Assembly (NCBI GenBank): GCA_963706025.1
Contig: CAVPLM010000004.1
Span: forward strand, 1-64,000
DNA: 64,000 bases
Direction of reading: 5' to 3'
From: an uncultured Actinomycetes bacterium
GTDB taxonomy: Bacteria; Actinomycetota; Thermoleophilia; RBG-16-64-13
Part shown: positions 41,036-53,125 of the stretch, piece by piece
How positions within the stretch are numbered: position 1 is the first letter of the stretch
Layout of the letters: every line of letters begins with the position of its first letter
The notes under the pieces: generated by a model
The model's database searches: none
The model's input: the letters and a program-made list of their open reading frames with translations, nothing else
What the model was told of the DNA's origin: nothing
Translations under genes and position numbers: made by a program

Positions 41036-42367
41036 GTTCAGTGGTTGTTGGCGTCGTTGATCGAGTCGCGGCCCTGGTGACAGGGAGCCCTTCCTCCCCT
41101 GTTCTTGTCGACGGCCGGCCCTGGGACGGATCGTCGCTGGCCGACGTGGCCTTCGTGATGACACCGAACGAGAATGTCGTCAAGCAGCAGAGGAGGGTGG
41201 TGCGGGCATGTGTCGCCGAGGGCCTTAGGGTCGCCCTGCTCTATGTTGAAATCGGCGGTTCCTGGACAGCCGTGATCGAAGACTACTCTGATCTCGGCGG
41301 CCGCATCATCCGGCTTCCGCTCGGGGACCTGGCGAAAGAGGTCTGATGAGTTTCCCAAGTCCGTTCGTGATGTTGGGTAAGCTAGCCTGCCTCGAAGCCA
41401 TCTTCCCCGCGGCCGCCGTTTCCCGTGCTTGTCCTCCACCAAGACAACCATGGGCTCTGCAAGCTGCTCTGTTATTGGGCGAGAAGGTCCGGGGTCGCAT
41501 CCGTTGTGATGCAGGAAGGAATGATGGTCGTGCGTGACGACGATGAGCTGACCGACAGAAGGGCTTGGAACGCCGGGTCCTTATGCCGCGGCCAGCTGGG
41601 TCGTCCAACAGGTACCGCACGATCTGTTCGGACCTGGATGCCCTACAGCTACGCGGACTACCTCTTGGCATACGGTCAAGCAGCCAAAGATGAACTTGTT
41701 CGCCATGGCCGCTCAGGGGAATCGATCTTCGTCGTCGGCAGTCCGAGTTTCGACCATCTCACAGAACGGCCCAGTCGACTGCCCGTCCGTCAGGGTCATC
41801 ATACTGTGATGTACGTACAGGCTGATGTCGTTGAGCCAGAAGTGGAGCTCAAGTTCTACGATGAATTGGCGCGGATCTGCTGCGAGGTGAGTGGCGACCG
41901 GTTGCGCATAAAGCTTCACCCCCGTTCTGCTCGCAAGGTGGAACCACTGTCGCGACTGTTACTCCAGTCCGCTCCCAGGCGTTCGCTGGTCGAGATCGTC
42001 AAGGACGGTGACGCCACGGAGATGTTGGATGACGTCGACGTCCTGGTGACCGTGAATTCGACAACGGCCTACCATGCGCTGGTGAGAGGCATACCGGTCG
42101 TCACCGTCAACTATCTCACCAAGGGCTTTGGGCAATTCGACGCCTATCGCTATGGTGCGGCGATAGACGTTCGTGATCGCACGGGATCTGGAGAAGGCCA
42201 TTCATGACGCCACCCAGAACGAGAACGTCCAACGGGAGCTGCACGAAGGCGCGATGTGCCTGATCGAAGACCATCTCTTCAGGCTCGACGGTCTTGCCTC
42301 CGCAAGAATCGCGGGGGTCTTGGGGGGACTCAGCCGGGCAGGCGACGACCGCAAGGACGTGGCATAG
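41020..42367 (+). CDS. GT-B surface-carbohydrate transferase, candidate nonulosonate transferase (frameshifted)
   Basis: VMQEG, ADYLLAYG, VVGSPSFD, IKLHPR, VTVNSTTAYHALVRGIPVV, DGLASARIA; directly upstream of legB. Confidence 0.6.
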
Positions 42368-42502
42368 GCGAGCGGGCCGTCGACAAGGCCTGATCCATTG
42401 GAGCGAACCTTCGGCCGCGAGACACGCTCCGCCTCGTGAGCTGCAGGTCGTCGTGACAGTACTGATAAACTACGAGCAGAACCGGCTTTCTGTGGAGGGC
42501 AG

Positions 42503-43498
42503 ATGCGTCTAAGAGGCAAGAGAGTACTGGTCACCGGCGCAGACGGCTTTATCGGAAGCCACCTGACTGAGGCGCTGGTCGCCCTTGGGGCAGACGTCTC
42601 AGCCTTCTGCTACTACAACTCCTTCGATTCACGCGGGTGGCTCGACAGGATTCCGATCGAAGTCATGGACCAGGTCAGGGTCTTCATGGGTGATGTTCGA
42701 GACCCGAACGGAGTGCGCACCGCCCTAGCCGGAAACGATGTGGTCTTTCATCTTGCCGCACTGATTGGGATCCCCTTTTCGTATCATTCGCCGGACTCCT
42801 ATGTAGACACGAATGTCAGGGGAACTCTCAATGTGCTCCAGGCATCGCGTGATCTTGGGTTGGAGCGCGTGATAGTGACGAGCACCAGCGAGGTATATGG
42901 AACCGCGCGCTATGTGCCTATCGATGAGCAGCATCCTCTTCAGGGACAATCTCCCTACTCGGCCTCCAAGATCGGTTCCGACAAGCTCGCCGAATCGTTT
43001 CATCTCTCGTTCGGCCTGCCGGTCGTGACCGTACGACCGTTCAACACGTACGGTCCGAGGCAGTCCGCTCGAGCCGTGATACCGACGATTATTCTGCAGC
43101 TGTTGGCTGGGGCCAAGGAACTGTGCCTGGGATCACTGCACCCGACTCGGGATTTCAACTATGTCGACGACACTGTGGGCGGTTTCATCGCCTTGGCAGA
43201 ATGTGATCAGGCGCTCGGCAAGACGGTCAACATCGGATCGGGGCGTGAGATATCCATCGCTGATTTGGTCACTTTGCTCCTGGGCACTGCTGGTTCTGAC
43301 GCATGTCCGGTCCAATGCGCCGATCGTGTTCGCCCGGCGGGGAGCGAAGTGGACCGACTGCTGTGCGACAACGGTTTGATCAGTTCGCTTACAGACTGGA
43401 TGCCACGCGTGTCGCTCGAGACTGGATTGACGCGCACTGTGGAATGGTTCCATGCAGCCTCCGGTGCCGGCGGGTACCGGCTTGGATATGTCAAATAG
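42503..43498 (+). CDS. legB: NDP-GlcNAc 4,6-dehydratase LegB
   Basis: VTGADGFIGSHL, YYNSF, HLAALIGIPFSYHSP, TSTSEVYGTA, QSPYSASK, GPRQSARAVIP, RPAGSEVDRL. Confidence 0.9.
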   Translation: MRLRGKRVLVTGADGFIGSHLTEALVALGADVSAFCYYNSFDSRGWLDRIPIEVMDQVRVFMGDVRDPNGVRTALAGNDVVFHLAALIGIPFSYHSPDSYVDTNVRGTLNVLQASRDLGLERVIVTSTSEVYGTARYVPIDEQHPLQGQSPYSASKIGSDKLAESFHLSFGLPVVTVRPFNTYGPRQSARAVIPTIILQLLAGAKELCLGSLHPTRDFNYVDDTVGGFIALAECDQALGKTVNIGSGREISIADLVTLLLGTAGSDACPVQCADRVRPAGSEVDRLLCDNGLISSLTDWMPRVSLETGLTRTVEWFHAASGAGGYRLGYVK

Positions 43499-43553
43499 AT
43501 TTCACGGACCCGGCCTCACTAATCGGTATGGACTATCTTGACTGGACTCTAGA

Positions 43554-44697
43554 ATGATCCCGCTATCCGAGCCCGTCTTGCAGGGCAAAGAACTCGAGTA
43601 TGTGACTGACTGCCTCGAAAGTGGCTGGATCTCCTCCAATGGAGACTACGTTCAGCGTCTGGAAAAGGCACTCGCGGAATATGTGGAGGTGGATTTCGCC
43701 GTCGCGTGTCACAGCGGCACCTCTGCCATACATGTCTCGCTCATCCTTTCGGGAGTGCAGCCTGGAGCAGGAGGTCATTGTTCCCACCGTAACGTTCATC
43801 GCTCCCGTGAACGCTGTGCGGTATGTCGGCGCCTTCCCCCGTGTTCATTGATTGCGATGAGTACTGCAGCATCGATGTTCCTGCCCTACGGCCTTTTTCT
43901 CGAGTCTGAATGTGCCTTCCGCGACGGGATGACCACCAACGAGACTACGGGCAGGCGGATCTCGGCAATAGTCCCCTGTGCACGTCTTTGGCACTCCAGC
44001 CGACATGGATCCTATCCTGGAGTTGGCTGACGAATACCATCTCGCGGTGATCGAGGACGCCAGCGAATCGCTGGGCATCGCTCTACAAGGGCAGGAAGTG
44101 CGGGGGATGTGGCCCCGATCGGCTGCCTGAGATTCAATGGCAACAAGATAATCACTGCGGGCGGGGGCGGAGCTATCCTGACGAATGATGAGACGGTCGC
44201 ACGCCGGGCCCGATACCTCACAACGCAGGCGAAAGAAGACGGCATGGAGTATATCCACCGTGATATCGGCTACAACTACCGCATGAACAATGTGCTTGCC
44301 GCACTGGGATTGGCCCAGTTGGAGACCATAGAGGAACGGGTCGCCATCAAACGCAGCGAACTTTTCACGATACGAGCAGCGCTTGGGTCCGGACAAGCTG
44401 CTTCAGCAACCGCCCTGGAGCGACTCCAACCGGTGGTTCTACTGCATACGTGTGCGCGGACCCGGCGGGCCAAGCGGAGACTGCTTGCAGGCCTGCGTTG
44501 CCGCCGATATCGAGGTGCGCCCGCTCTGGTATCCCAATCACCTGCAGCAGCCCTATATGGAAATGCAGTCCTACCGGATCGAGAATGCGCTGTATTTCTA
44601 CGATCGTCTGGTGAATCTGCCCTGTTCTGTCAGCTTGACTCCCGGGCAGGTCGAGCAGGTGGTGACCGCCATAAGACAAGCAGAGCCGGGTCGGTAG
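43554..44697 (+). CDS. legC: LegC-family PLP aminotransferase (frameshifted)
   Basis: IPLSEP, SGWISS, SGTSAIH, FIAPVNAVRY, FNGNKIITAGGGG, GYNYRMNN, RPLW, NLPCS. Confidence 0.85.
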
Positions 44698-44741
44698 GCT
44701 CCGGGACGTTGACGCGTGTCGAGCCGGGGGGACCTTAGACA

Positions 44742-45396
44742 ATGACTCATACGCCGGCAAGATAGTCGTCGTCGGGGGCGGGGGCCACGCCAAGGTCCTC
44801 ATCAGCGTGCTCAGGAAGCTCCCGTGGGATGTCGTCGGTTACACTGACCCGCGGGATCGCGGCGTCATCCTGGGCGTACCGCTATCTCGGGAGCGATGCC
44901 GTCCTCCCGGAGCTCCTCCGCACCTGCAAAGGCTGCCGGGCGATCCTCGGACTAGGGAAGATCGATGCATCCTCGACAAGGATCCAGCTGCAGGAAGAGA
45001 TCGAGGCTATGGGCTTCGAATTCCCTGTGGTTATCTCGCCGAAAGCGGTGGTCAACGATGAAGTGGAGCTTGGGCCGGGGACTGCCGTTCTAGATGGCGC
45101 GGTCGTCAACACCGGAACGGTGACCGGGAGGGCGTGCATCCTGAACACCAATTGCACGATCGAGCATGATTGCCGGGTTGGGAGATAACGTGCACGTCGC
45201 GTCCGGAGCCACGATCAGCGGCGGAGTCGCTATCGCCAGCGGGTGCATGATCGGAGCCGGAGCGACCGTCATCCAAGGTCTGGTGATCGGACCTGACACC
45301 GTGGTCGGTGCGGGTGCTCGGTGGTCACGAAGGATCGACGTTCCTGGAACCTATGCGGGCACCCCCGCCAGAAGGAGCGGACAAGACGGGCGCTAG
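44742..45396 (+). CDS. NeuD/PglD-type hexapeptide acetyltransferase (frameshifted)
   Basis: IVVVGGGGHAKV, ILNTNCTIEHDC, left-handed beta-helix repeats, YAGTPAR. Confidence 0.85.
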
Positions 45397-45551
45397 TGTG
45401 AACGGGCTACACACCCTCCTCGCCCGTCGTCTCAAGGTGGCATGCGCAGTTGACTACTTCTACAGGATTGCCGATTACCTTGGAGTAAGTCTTGGTGCAT
45501 CTAGCATCGTTCAAGTTCCACCCTCAGGGGAGTTCTGGAGAGAGAACGCAC

Positions 45552-46578
45552 ATGATCCCTCAGGATCGGGTATTCATAATCGCCGAGGCCGGCGTCAATC
45601 ACAACGGCTCGATCGACCTCGCCTAACGGATGGTCGAAGAGGCCCGTCGGGCCGGCGCCGACTGCGTCAAGTTCCAGAGCTTTCCACGGAGAGACTGGTC
45701 AGCCGCTCCGCTGAAAAGGCGCTGTACCAGAAGCAGTCCACGGGAGATGCTGACGACCCAGTTCGAGATGCTCAGAGCGTCTCGAGCTGAGCGAAGAGGA
45801 CCATCGGCCCTCGGTCGCCTGCTGCCGCGACAACGAATGCGGTTCCTGTCCAGCCCATTCGATGACCAAAGCGCCGATATGCTCGAAAACTGGGAGTGGT
45901 CGCCTACAAGGTCCCTTCAGGCGAGATCACCGACCACGGATTCCTGCGTTACCTCGCAGCAGAAGAACAAGCCACATCATCCTCTCGACCGGGATGTCGA
46001 CCTTAGCCGAGGTGGCCGAGGCGGTCGATGCGATCATCGTGCGGGCGGGAACCGGCAGCTCTATCTGCTGCACTGCGTGACCGAGTACCCCGCCCCGTTC
46101 GCTGAGGTAAACCTCCGGGCGATGCTCACGCTGGCCGATGCCCTCGGCTTCCCGGTGGGTTATTCCGACCACACGCCGGGCAGCGAGATCGCCGTCGCGG
46201 CGGTGGCCCTTGGCGCGCGGATCGTCGAGAAGCACTTCACACTGAGCAGGAACATGGCGGGTCCGGACCACAGGGCCTCGTTGGAGCCCCAGGAGCTGAA
46301 GTGCCATGGTCCGCGCGATCCGGAACGTCGAGCAGGCGCTCGGGAAACGGCGTCAAGGCCCCGGCACCGTGCGAGAGCAGGAATCTGGCTGTTGCCCGAA
46401 AGAGTGTCGTGGCGAGCGAGACATCATGAACGGAGAGCGAATCACCACTGAGAACGTCGCCATCAAGCGACCCGGGGCACGGCATCCAGCCAAGCGATCT
46501 GGAGAAGGTGATGGGTCTGACAGTCGCCAGTCGACATCAAAGCCGGGAGTGTCGATCACATGGGAGGATCTGAAATGA
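45552..46578 (+). CDS. neuB: Nonulosonate synthase NeuB/LegI with C-terminal SAF domain (frameshifted)
   Basis: IIAEAGVNHNG, ADCVKFQ, FLSSPFD, ILSTGMS, LHCVTEYPAP, GYSDHT, EKHFTL, GPDHRASL, IKRPG. Confidence 0.9.
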
Positions 46579-47780
46579 GCCGAAGGCGCATCTGCGTCGT
46601 CACCACGTCTCGCGCCGACTACGGATTGCTCCGCTGGCTCATGCGGGCGATCAGGAGGACACGGAGTTGGAACTGCAAGTGATCGCCGCAGGCATGCACC
46701 TCTGTCCGGAGTTCGGTCTGACCTACCGAGAGCATCGAGCAGGACGGCCTTCCGATCGACCGCAGGGTGGAGATGCTGCTCTCGGCCGACACCGACAGCG
46801 CGGCGACGAAGTCCGTGGGGGTAGGTCTCATGGCGATTTTCGGACGCCTTCGACGATCTGCGCCCCGACATCTGGTCGTCCTCGGGGACCGTTTCGAGCT
46901 GCTGGCCGCGGCATCGCCGCGCTGATCGCTCGCATACCGATCGCTCACATCCACGGTGGCGAGACCAGCCAGGGCGCGATCGATGAGGGCGTGAGGCACG
47001 CCGTGACCAAGATGGCGTCCTGCATTTCCCCGCCACCGAGGCCTACCGCTGCAGGATCATCCAGATGGGCGAGAATCCCGGCTCCGTCTTCGCCTACGGC
47101 GCTCCCGGCCTGGATGCACTGCAGCAGTGACGCTGCTCACCAGAGCAGGAACTGGAGTCGCAGCTCGATTTCAAGCTCTGAGCAGCCCGACGCAATCGTG
47201 ACCTATCACCCGTCACGCTGGAGAGGGACGCCGCCGAGGGGCAGATCGAGAGCCTGTCTACAGGCGCTGGTGCAGGAGAACGTGCGAGCCGTCTTCACCA
47301 AGTCGAACGCCGACATGCAGGGGCGGCTCATCAACGAAAGGATCGCCGCGTTCTGCCGGGAACATCCCGCCGACTACCGGCTCTACGACAATCTCGGCCA
47401 GACGGTCTACCTGAGCTGCCTGCGCCACCTCGATCTGATGATCGGCAATTCATCGAGCGGGCTGATCGAAGCGCCCTCGTTCCGACTCCCGGCCGTCAAC
47501 ATCGGCGACAGACAGCAAGGCCGCATCAAGGCGGCGAACGTGATCGATGTCGGATACTCCGGCTGCCGAGATCGCGAGCCGGCATCCGGCAGTCGCTGTT
47601 CGAGCCTTGGAGAGGAGGGCTGCAAGGGTCTGGAGAACCCTTACGCCGGTGCGGCGACAGGACCGTGAGCTTCCGCATCAAGGAGCGACTCAAGGCTGCG
47701 GAGCTTGGCGAGTCGCTCCTGAAGAAGAGGCTTCCACGACTACCTCGGACTGGGAGGGTACGCCGTGGGCGACACCGTGA
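46575..47780 (+). CDS. neuC: Hydrolysing NDP-sugar 2-epimerase NeuC/LegG (frameshifted, end approximate)
   Basis: VVTTSRADYG, GMHL..EFG, GDRFE, HIHGGE, DEGVRHAVTK, VTYHP, GNSSSGLIEAP, NIGDRQQGR. Confidence 0.9.
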
Positions 47781-48854
47781 ACGACGGGTACAGCCTTCCT
47801 CGTAGGGACGGGGACGACCGTCCTCAAGCCATGCGGCAACTGGAGGACACGGCCCAGAAGATCCTCTTCGTCGTGGACGAGCGAGGGTACCTGGTGGGCT
47901 CTCTCACCGATGGGGATATCCGGCGGTGGATTCTCGCAGAGGGGGATCTCCAGAAGGGTCGTGGAGGTGTCTGCAACCGGGAGCCCTTCGGGTCGGAGAA
48001 GGACTATGATCTCGCGTCCGTCCGAAGTGCTCATGGTCGGAGAAGACGATCGGCTGCGTCCCGGTGGTCGAACGGCAACGACGGGTCATCGACCTGCTGT
48101 TCTGGGAGCACGTATTCACGGACGGCAGCGAACACAAGCCAGCCAGCCGATCGATATTCCGGTGGTCATCATGGCGGGCGGGAAAGGGACCCGCCTCGAC
48201 CCCTTCACGAAGGTGCTTCCCAAGCCCCTCATACCCCTGGGGGACAAGACGGTGATCGAGCGCATCATCGATTCGTTCCTAAGATTCGGCGTGTCGACCT
48301 TCTACCTGTCGGTCAACAACAAGTCGCGGATCATCAAGTCCTACTTCGAGGAACTCGAGCCCTTCCTACACCGTCAATCTACATCGAGGAAGACAACCAC
48401 TGGGTACGGCGGGGAGCTCTGAGCTAGCTACGCGGTAGTCCAACGGATCCCTGACTGGTGACCAACTGCGACATCATCCTCGACACCGATTACACAGAAC
48501 TCGTCGCATTCCACCATGAGGAATCCCAACGATATCACCATCGTCGGCTCGCTCAAGAACTACCATATCCCCTACGGGATCTGTGAGATCATGAACGGGG
48601 GAGACACTAGTGAAGATCACGGAGAAGCCGGAATACAACTTCCTGGTCAACACGGGCATGTACGTACTCCAGGCCGAAGACACTCGACCTCATTCCCGAA
48701 GATCGAGCTCTTCCACATGACGCAGCTCATCGAGAAGGTGAAGGACGACGGAGGCAAGGTGGCGGTGTTCCCCGTAAGCGACAAGGCCTGGCTCGACACC
48801 GGCGAATGGGCGGAGTACCGGAAGGCACTGAAACAGTTCGAGGTAGATACGTGA
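47765..48854 (+). CDS. CBS-domain sugar-phosphate nucleotidyltransferase (PtmE/LgaF-like), frameshifted
   Basis: LVGSLTDGDIRR (CBS), VIMAGGKGTRL..T..PKPL, VTNCD, IPYG, WLDTG. Confidence 0.85.
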
Positions 48855-48884
48855 GCATCGAGGGCGGCAACGGAGAGATGATCC

Positions 48885-49593
48885 ATGATCGGCGAGCGGG
48901 TCATAGCCGTGATCCCGGCTCGGGGCGGCAGCAAGGCCGTTCCGCACAAGAACATCGTGCCCCTCGGCGGCAAGCCGCTCGTCGTCTGGTCGATCGAGAC
49001 CGCCCGAGACGGTCGGACTCATCGACCGCGTCATCGTCTCGACCGACGACGAAGCGATCGCCGCGGTGGCACGGCAAAGGAGCGCTGAGGTATACCGCGG
49101 CCCGCGCACCTTGCCTCCGACACGGCCCTCGTGATCGATGCGCTGCGGGACCTCATCGAGACACTGAAAGCGGAGGGCGAGACCGGGACGCATCATGGTG
49201 CTTCTGGAGCCGACTTGCCCTTTCCGATCCGGCGACGATGTGAAGGCATGCATCGAGAGAGTGGTCAGGGAGGGAAGGACTCGGTCGCGACCTTCAAGCA
49301 GGCGGATCTGAATCCCCACCGCGCCTGGACCATCACGGAAGGGGGCCCGTCGAGCTTCATTGCGTGGTGCGAATCCATGGCTTCCCCGGCAACAACTGCC
49401 GCGAAGCATACCAGCTGAACGGCGCCGTGTACTGCTTCAGGACCGACGGCTGCGGCCGAAACGGAGCAAGGGCTGCTGTTCGGGGAGACAGGGCGCGATG
49501 ATCATGCCGCGCGGAGCGTTCCGTCGACATCGACACGAGGACCGACCTCCTCTTCGCCGAGATGGTGCTCGCGAGAACAGGGGGGCGCAGTGA
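48885..49593 (+). CDS. neuA: CMP-nonulosonate synthetase (NeuA/LegF family), frameshifted
   Basis: [51 protein letters not shown]. Confidence 0.88.
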
Positions 49594-50331
49594 AGGCGAA
49601 TGAGGTCGTCCTGGTAACGGGGGCGAGCAGTGGAGTGGGATTGTCTCTGGCCCACCATCTTGCCGGCAGGTTCCACGTCCTGGCGGCCGCTCGGCGCTGG
49701 AGAAGCTGCAGGCGGAGTTCGGCGCAGAACCCCGACGTCTCGGTCTTCGGCGTCGACCTCGCTGATCCCGATTCGCGACAGGAACCTGCTGGACACGGAT
49801 CGTCGCAGAGCATGAGTCCATCGCCTACGTGATCAACAACGCCGGCGTGAACATAGCGGCCGACGCTCGAGGAACTGGATGAAGACGACATGGTGCGCTC
49901 GCTGCAGGTGAACGCCATCTCGCCGGCGATGATCATGAGGCGGCTTCTGCCCCAGATGAAGACCCGCGATTTCGGCCGGGTGATCAATGTCACATCCGGC
50001 GCCCCGCTGAACTGTTACCCAGGTACGGCGCCTACAGCGCCTCCAAGGGCGCGCTCAACGCCTTCACGGTGACCGCCGCGCGGGAGTGCGCCGAGTACAA
50101 CATCAAGATCAATCTGATGAGCCCGGGGCCGGTGAAGACCAACATGGCCCCCAACGGACCATGGACCCCTCAGTTTGTCACCCGACCGTGGACTACCTGC
50201 TTATCGCTGGACGCGGATGGACCGACAGGCCGGTTCTTCTGGCTGGGCTACGAGATCCGCTCTTTCCCGAGTCTCGAGGGGATCGAGTGGCTCGAGGGCC
50301 GCGCAGATGAGCGCTACGAGGGTCTTCTGAG
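49590..50331 (+). CDS. Short-chain dehydrogenase/reductase (frameshifted)
   Basis: VTGASSGVG, INNAG, GRVINVTSGA, YSASK, INLMSPG, DGPTGRFF. Confidence 0.8.
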
Positions 50332-51262
50332 ATGGCGACAATGCGCGTCGGAATAGTGGGCATGAGCGAGGGCAACGGCCATCCGTTCTCGTTCTCCGCG
50401 ATCATCAACGGGTACGACGACGTCCGGGCTGGCCGACGTCGGGTTGGCCGGGCATATATGACTACGTGAGCCGGCGTGACCCTTCCGAGTTCGGCATCGG
50501 CGACCTGCAGGTCACCCATGCCTGGACCCAGGACGAGGAGGTCACCCAGAGCCTGTGCAGGGCCTGCTCGCATCCCCCACGCCGTCGCACGACTCGAAGA
50601 TATGCTCGGCAACGTGGACGCCGTCATCATCGCCCGAGACGATCATGAGACGCATCTGGAACTGGCGCGGCCGTTCCTGGAGGCAGGCCTGCCCGTCTTC
50701 GTCGACAAGCCCCTCTCTCTCGACCTTGAGGCATTGCGTTTCTTCAGGCCCTATCTCGAGGCGGGCAAGCTCATGTCCTGCTCCGGCATGAGGTATGCGC
50801 GCGAACTGGACGAACTGCGTGCCACATAGCCGAGTATGGGCGTCTGAAGCTGCTGCGCGGGGCCGATCGTCCTTTCCTGGGAGAAGTACGGGATCCACTT
50901 GATAGACGCCCTGTTCGGGGTCGTATCCGCGCGGCCCTCGTCCGTTATCGCCCTGGACGCTCCGCACAGCTCGATGGCCATCGCCATGGACGATGGCTCC
51001 TTGCTGCAGATCGACGCACTGGGCGACGGTGCTCCCCACATTCCGGGTCGACGTCTGGGGCGAGAAGTACGAAGTCGAGCTGCGAGATCACTGACAACTT
51101 CTCCATGTTCAGGCGGATGCTCTGGCGGTTCGCTGAGATGATTCGGACCGGACGAGCCGGTGGTGCCTGCTCAGGACACGCTGGACGCGATGCGACTGCT
51201 CATCGCCGGCAGAGGGCTAGGGAGCGGGAAGGAGAGTGCTGCTCAGTGAAATCCAGTTATAG
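50332..51262 (+). CDS. Gfo/Idh/MocA family oxidoreductase (frameshifted)
   Basis: RVGIVGMSEGNGHPFSFSAIINGYD, VDAVIIARDD, PVFVDKPL, WEKYGIHLID. Confidence 0.8.
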
Positions 51263-52076
51263 GGACCTGTTCGACCTCACCGGTAAGGTAGCCATCGTCA
51301 CCGGCGGGCTCGGTATTCTTGGCCGCGGCTTCTGTCGCGGACTGGCAGAGTATCGGCGCGAATGTCGCGGTGGTCGACCTCGACGAAGCTGCCTGTGTCG
51401 GTTTTGCCGGAAGAACTCGCCGGCGACACCGGACTCAAAGCCATCGGCGTCGGCTGCGACGTCGCAGATCCGCAGTCGGTCGAGGCCATGGTCGCGCAGG
51501 TGGTCGACCGGCTGGGCGGCGTCCATGTCCTGCACAACAACGCGGCGTCGAAGTCGGCCGAATCTCGATGCCTTCTTCGCGCCGTTCGAGGAGTACTCGC
51601 TCGACGAGTGGCGCAAGAGTCATGAGCGTCAACATCGATGGGATGTTTCTCGTCGCGCAGGCGGTGGGTCGCGAGATGATGAGACAGGGAACCGGTGGGA
51701 GCATCATCCAGACGGCGTCCATCTACGGCATCCGCGGTTCTGACAAGAGGATCTACGAGGGCTCCTTCTACATGGGCCGGCAGATCAGCAATCCCGGCGG
51801 TGTACTCCGCCTCGAAGGCGGCGGTGGTGGGGCTGACAAAGTACCTTGCCGCCTACTGGGCCGACCAGGGGATCAGGGTCAACACCCTGGTTCCGGCGGG
51901 TGTGGAAAGCGGACAGAACGAGAGGGTTCATGGCGCGCTATTCCGCCCGCGTCCCGATGGGCAGGATGGCTCGGGCCGACGAGATGGTGGGAGCCCTGAT
52001 CTTTCTGGCCTCGGATGCCTCGAGCTACGTGACCGGTCAGGAACTCGTCGTCGACGGCGGACTGAGCGCGTGGTGA
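51246..52076 (+). CDS. PtmA-like SDR oxidoreductase (frameshifted)
   Basis: [59 protein letters not shown]. Confidence 0.85.
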
Positions 52077-52113
52077 GATCTGCTATGGGAGCGAGCCCTA
52101 TGACGCAAGAGAC

Positions 52114-53119
52114 GTGAAACAACAAACGACTCGCCGCGTCACGGTCGTCATGTACCACTTCGTCCGGGACCTGAAGCACAGCAGATACCCCGAGATCAAG
52201 GGACTCTCCCTTGAAGAGTTCGCGGGCCAGATCGCATATGTCCGGCGGCACTACAACGTCATCGGCTGGGGTGAGTTGCTCGACGCGCTCGGAACCGTCG
52301 GAGCAGGCGCTTCCTCCGCGGGCGCTTCTGCTGACCTTCGATGATGGTTACCGCGATCACTTCGACAATGTGCTTCCGTCCTGTCGAGAACGGGCTGACC
52401 GGATGCTTCTTTCCGCCGGCGAAGGCGGTAACGGAGCATGAAGTGCTGGATGTCAACAAGATACACTTCATCCTTGCCGCCGTCCCCGACAAGAGACGGA
52501 TCTTGCATCGCTCTTCGGCCTGATGGATGAGGCGAGGGGAGAGTTCTCACTGCGGGAGCGCGACCAGTACTCGGGAACTGGCGCATCCCAATCGATTCGA
52601 CACCGCAGAAGTGATCCTCATCAAGCGGATGCTCCAGAGGGAACTGCCGAGAGGCTTCGCAAGAGAATCACCCATGAGCTGTTCGTGCGGTACGTGACGG
52701 ATGACGAAGCCGCTTTTTCGGGCGAACTCTACATGGGCCTCGATGAGTTGGGCCTCATGGTGGAGGCTGGCATGCATATGGGAAGCCATGGCTTCGACCA
52801 CTACTGGCTCGATGCTCTCGACGAACCAGGGCAAAGGAACGAGATCGATCGCTCTCTGGATTTCCTTCGGGAGCTCGGAAGTGATATGGACAATTGGACA
52901 ATCGGTTATCCCTATGGAGCATACAATGAGTCGCTTCTTAGCATCGTCAGGGAAAAGAATTGTAAAGCCGGTTTCACGACCGAGGTCCGCGTGGCGGACG
53001 TCGGAGTCGATGATCCCCTGACGTTGCCCCGGCTGGACACGAACGACCTTCCCAAGCAGGGGAAGGCGCCCCCCAACGAATGGACGATGAAGGTGTCGCG
53101 GGAGGATGGCACGTTGTGA
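52114..53119 (+). CDS. Polysaccharide deacetylase (CE4/NodB-like), frameshifted
   Basis: VMYHFVRDL..SRYP, LTFDDGYRDH, GSHGFDHYW, YPYG, LPRLDTND. Confidence 0.85.
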
Positions 53120-53125
53120 GCTACG

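Noticed and set aside
45450-45480. GCCGATTA upstream of neuB as a sigma28 promoter
   Set aside because: The -35 position reads TGAC, a poor match; it cannot be distinguished from chance or a housekeeping promoter
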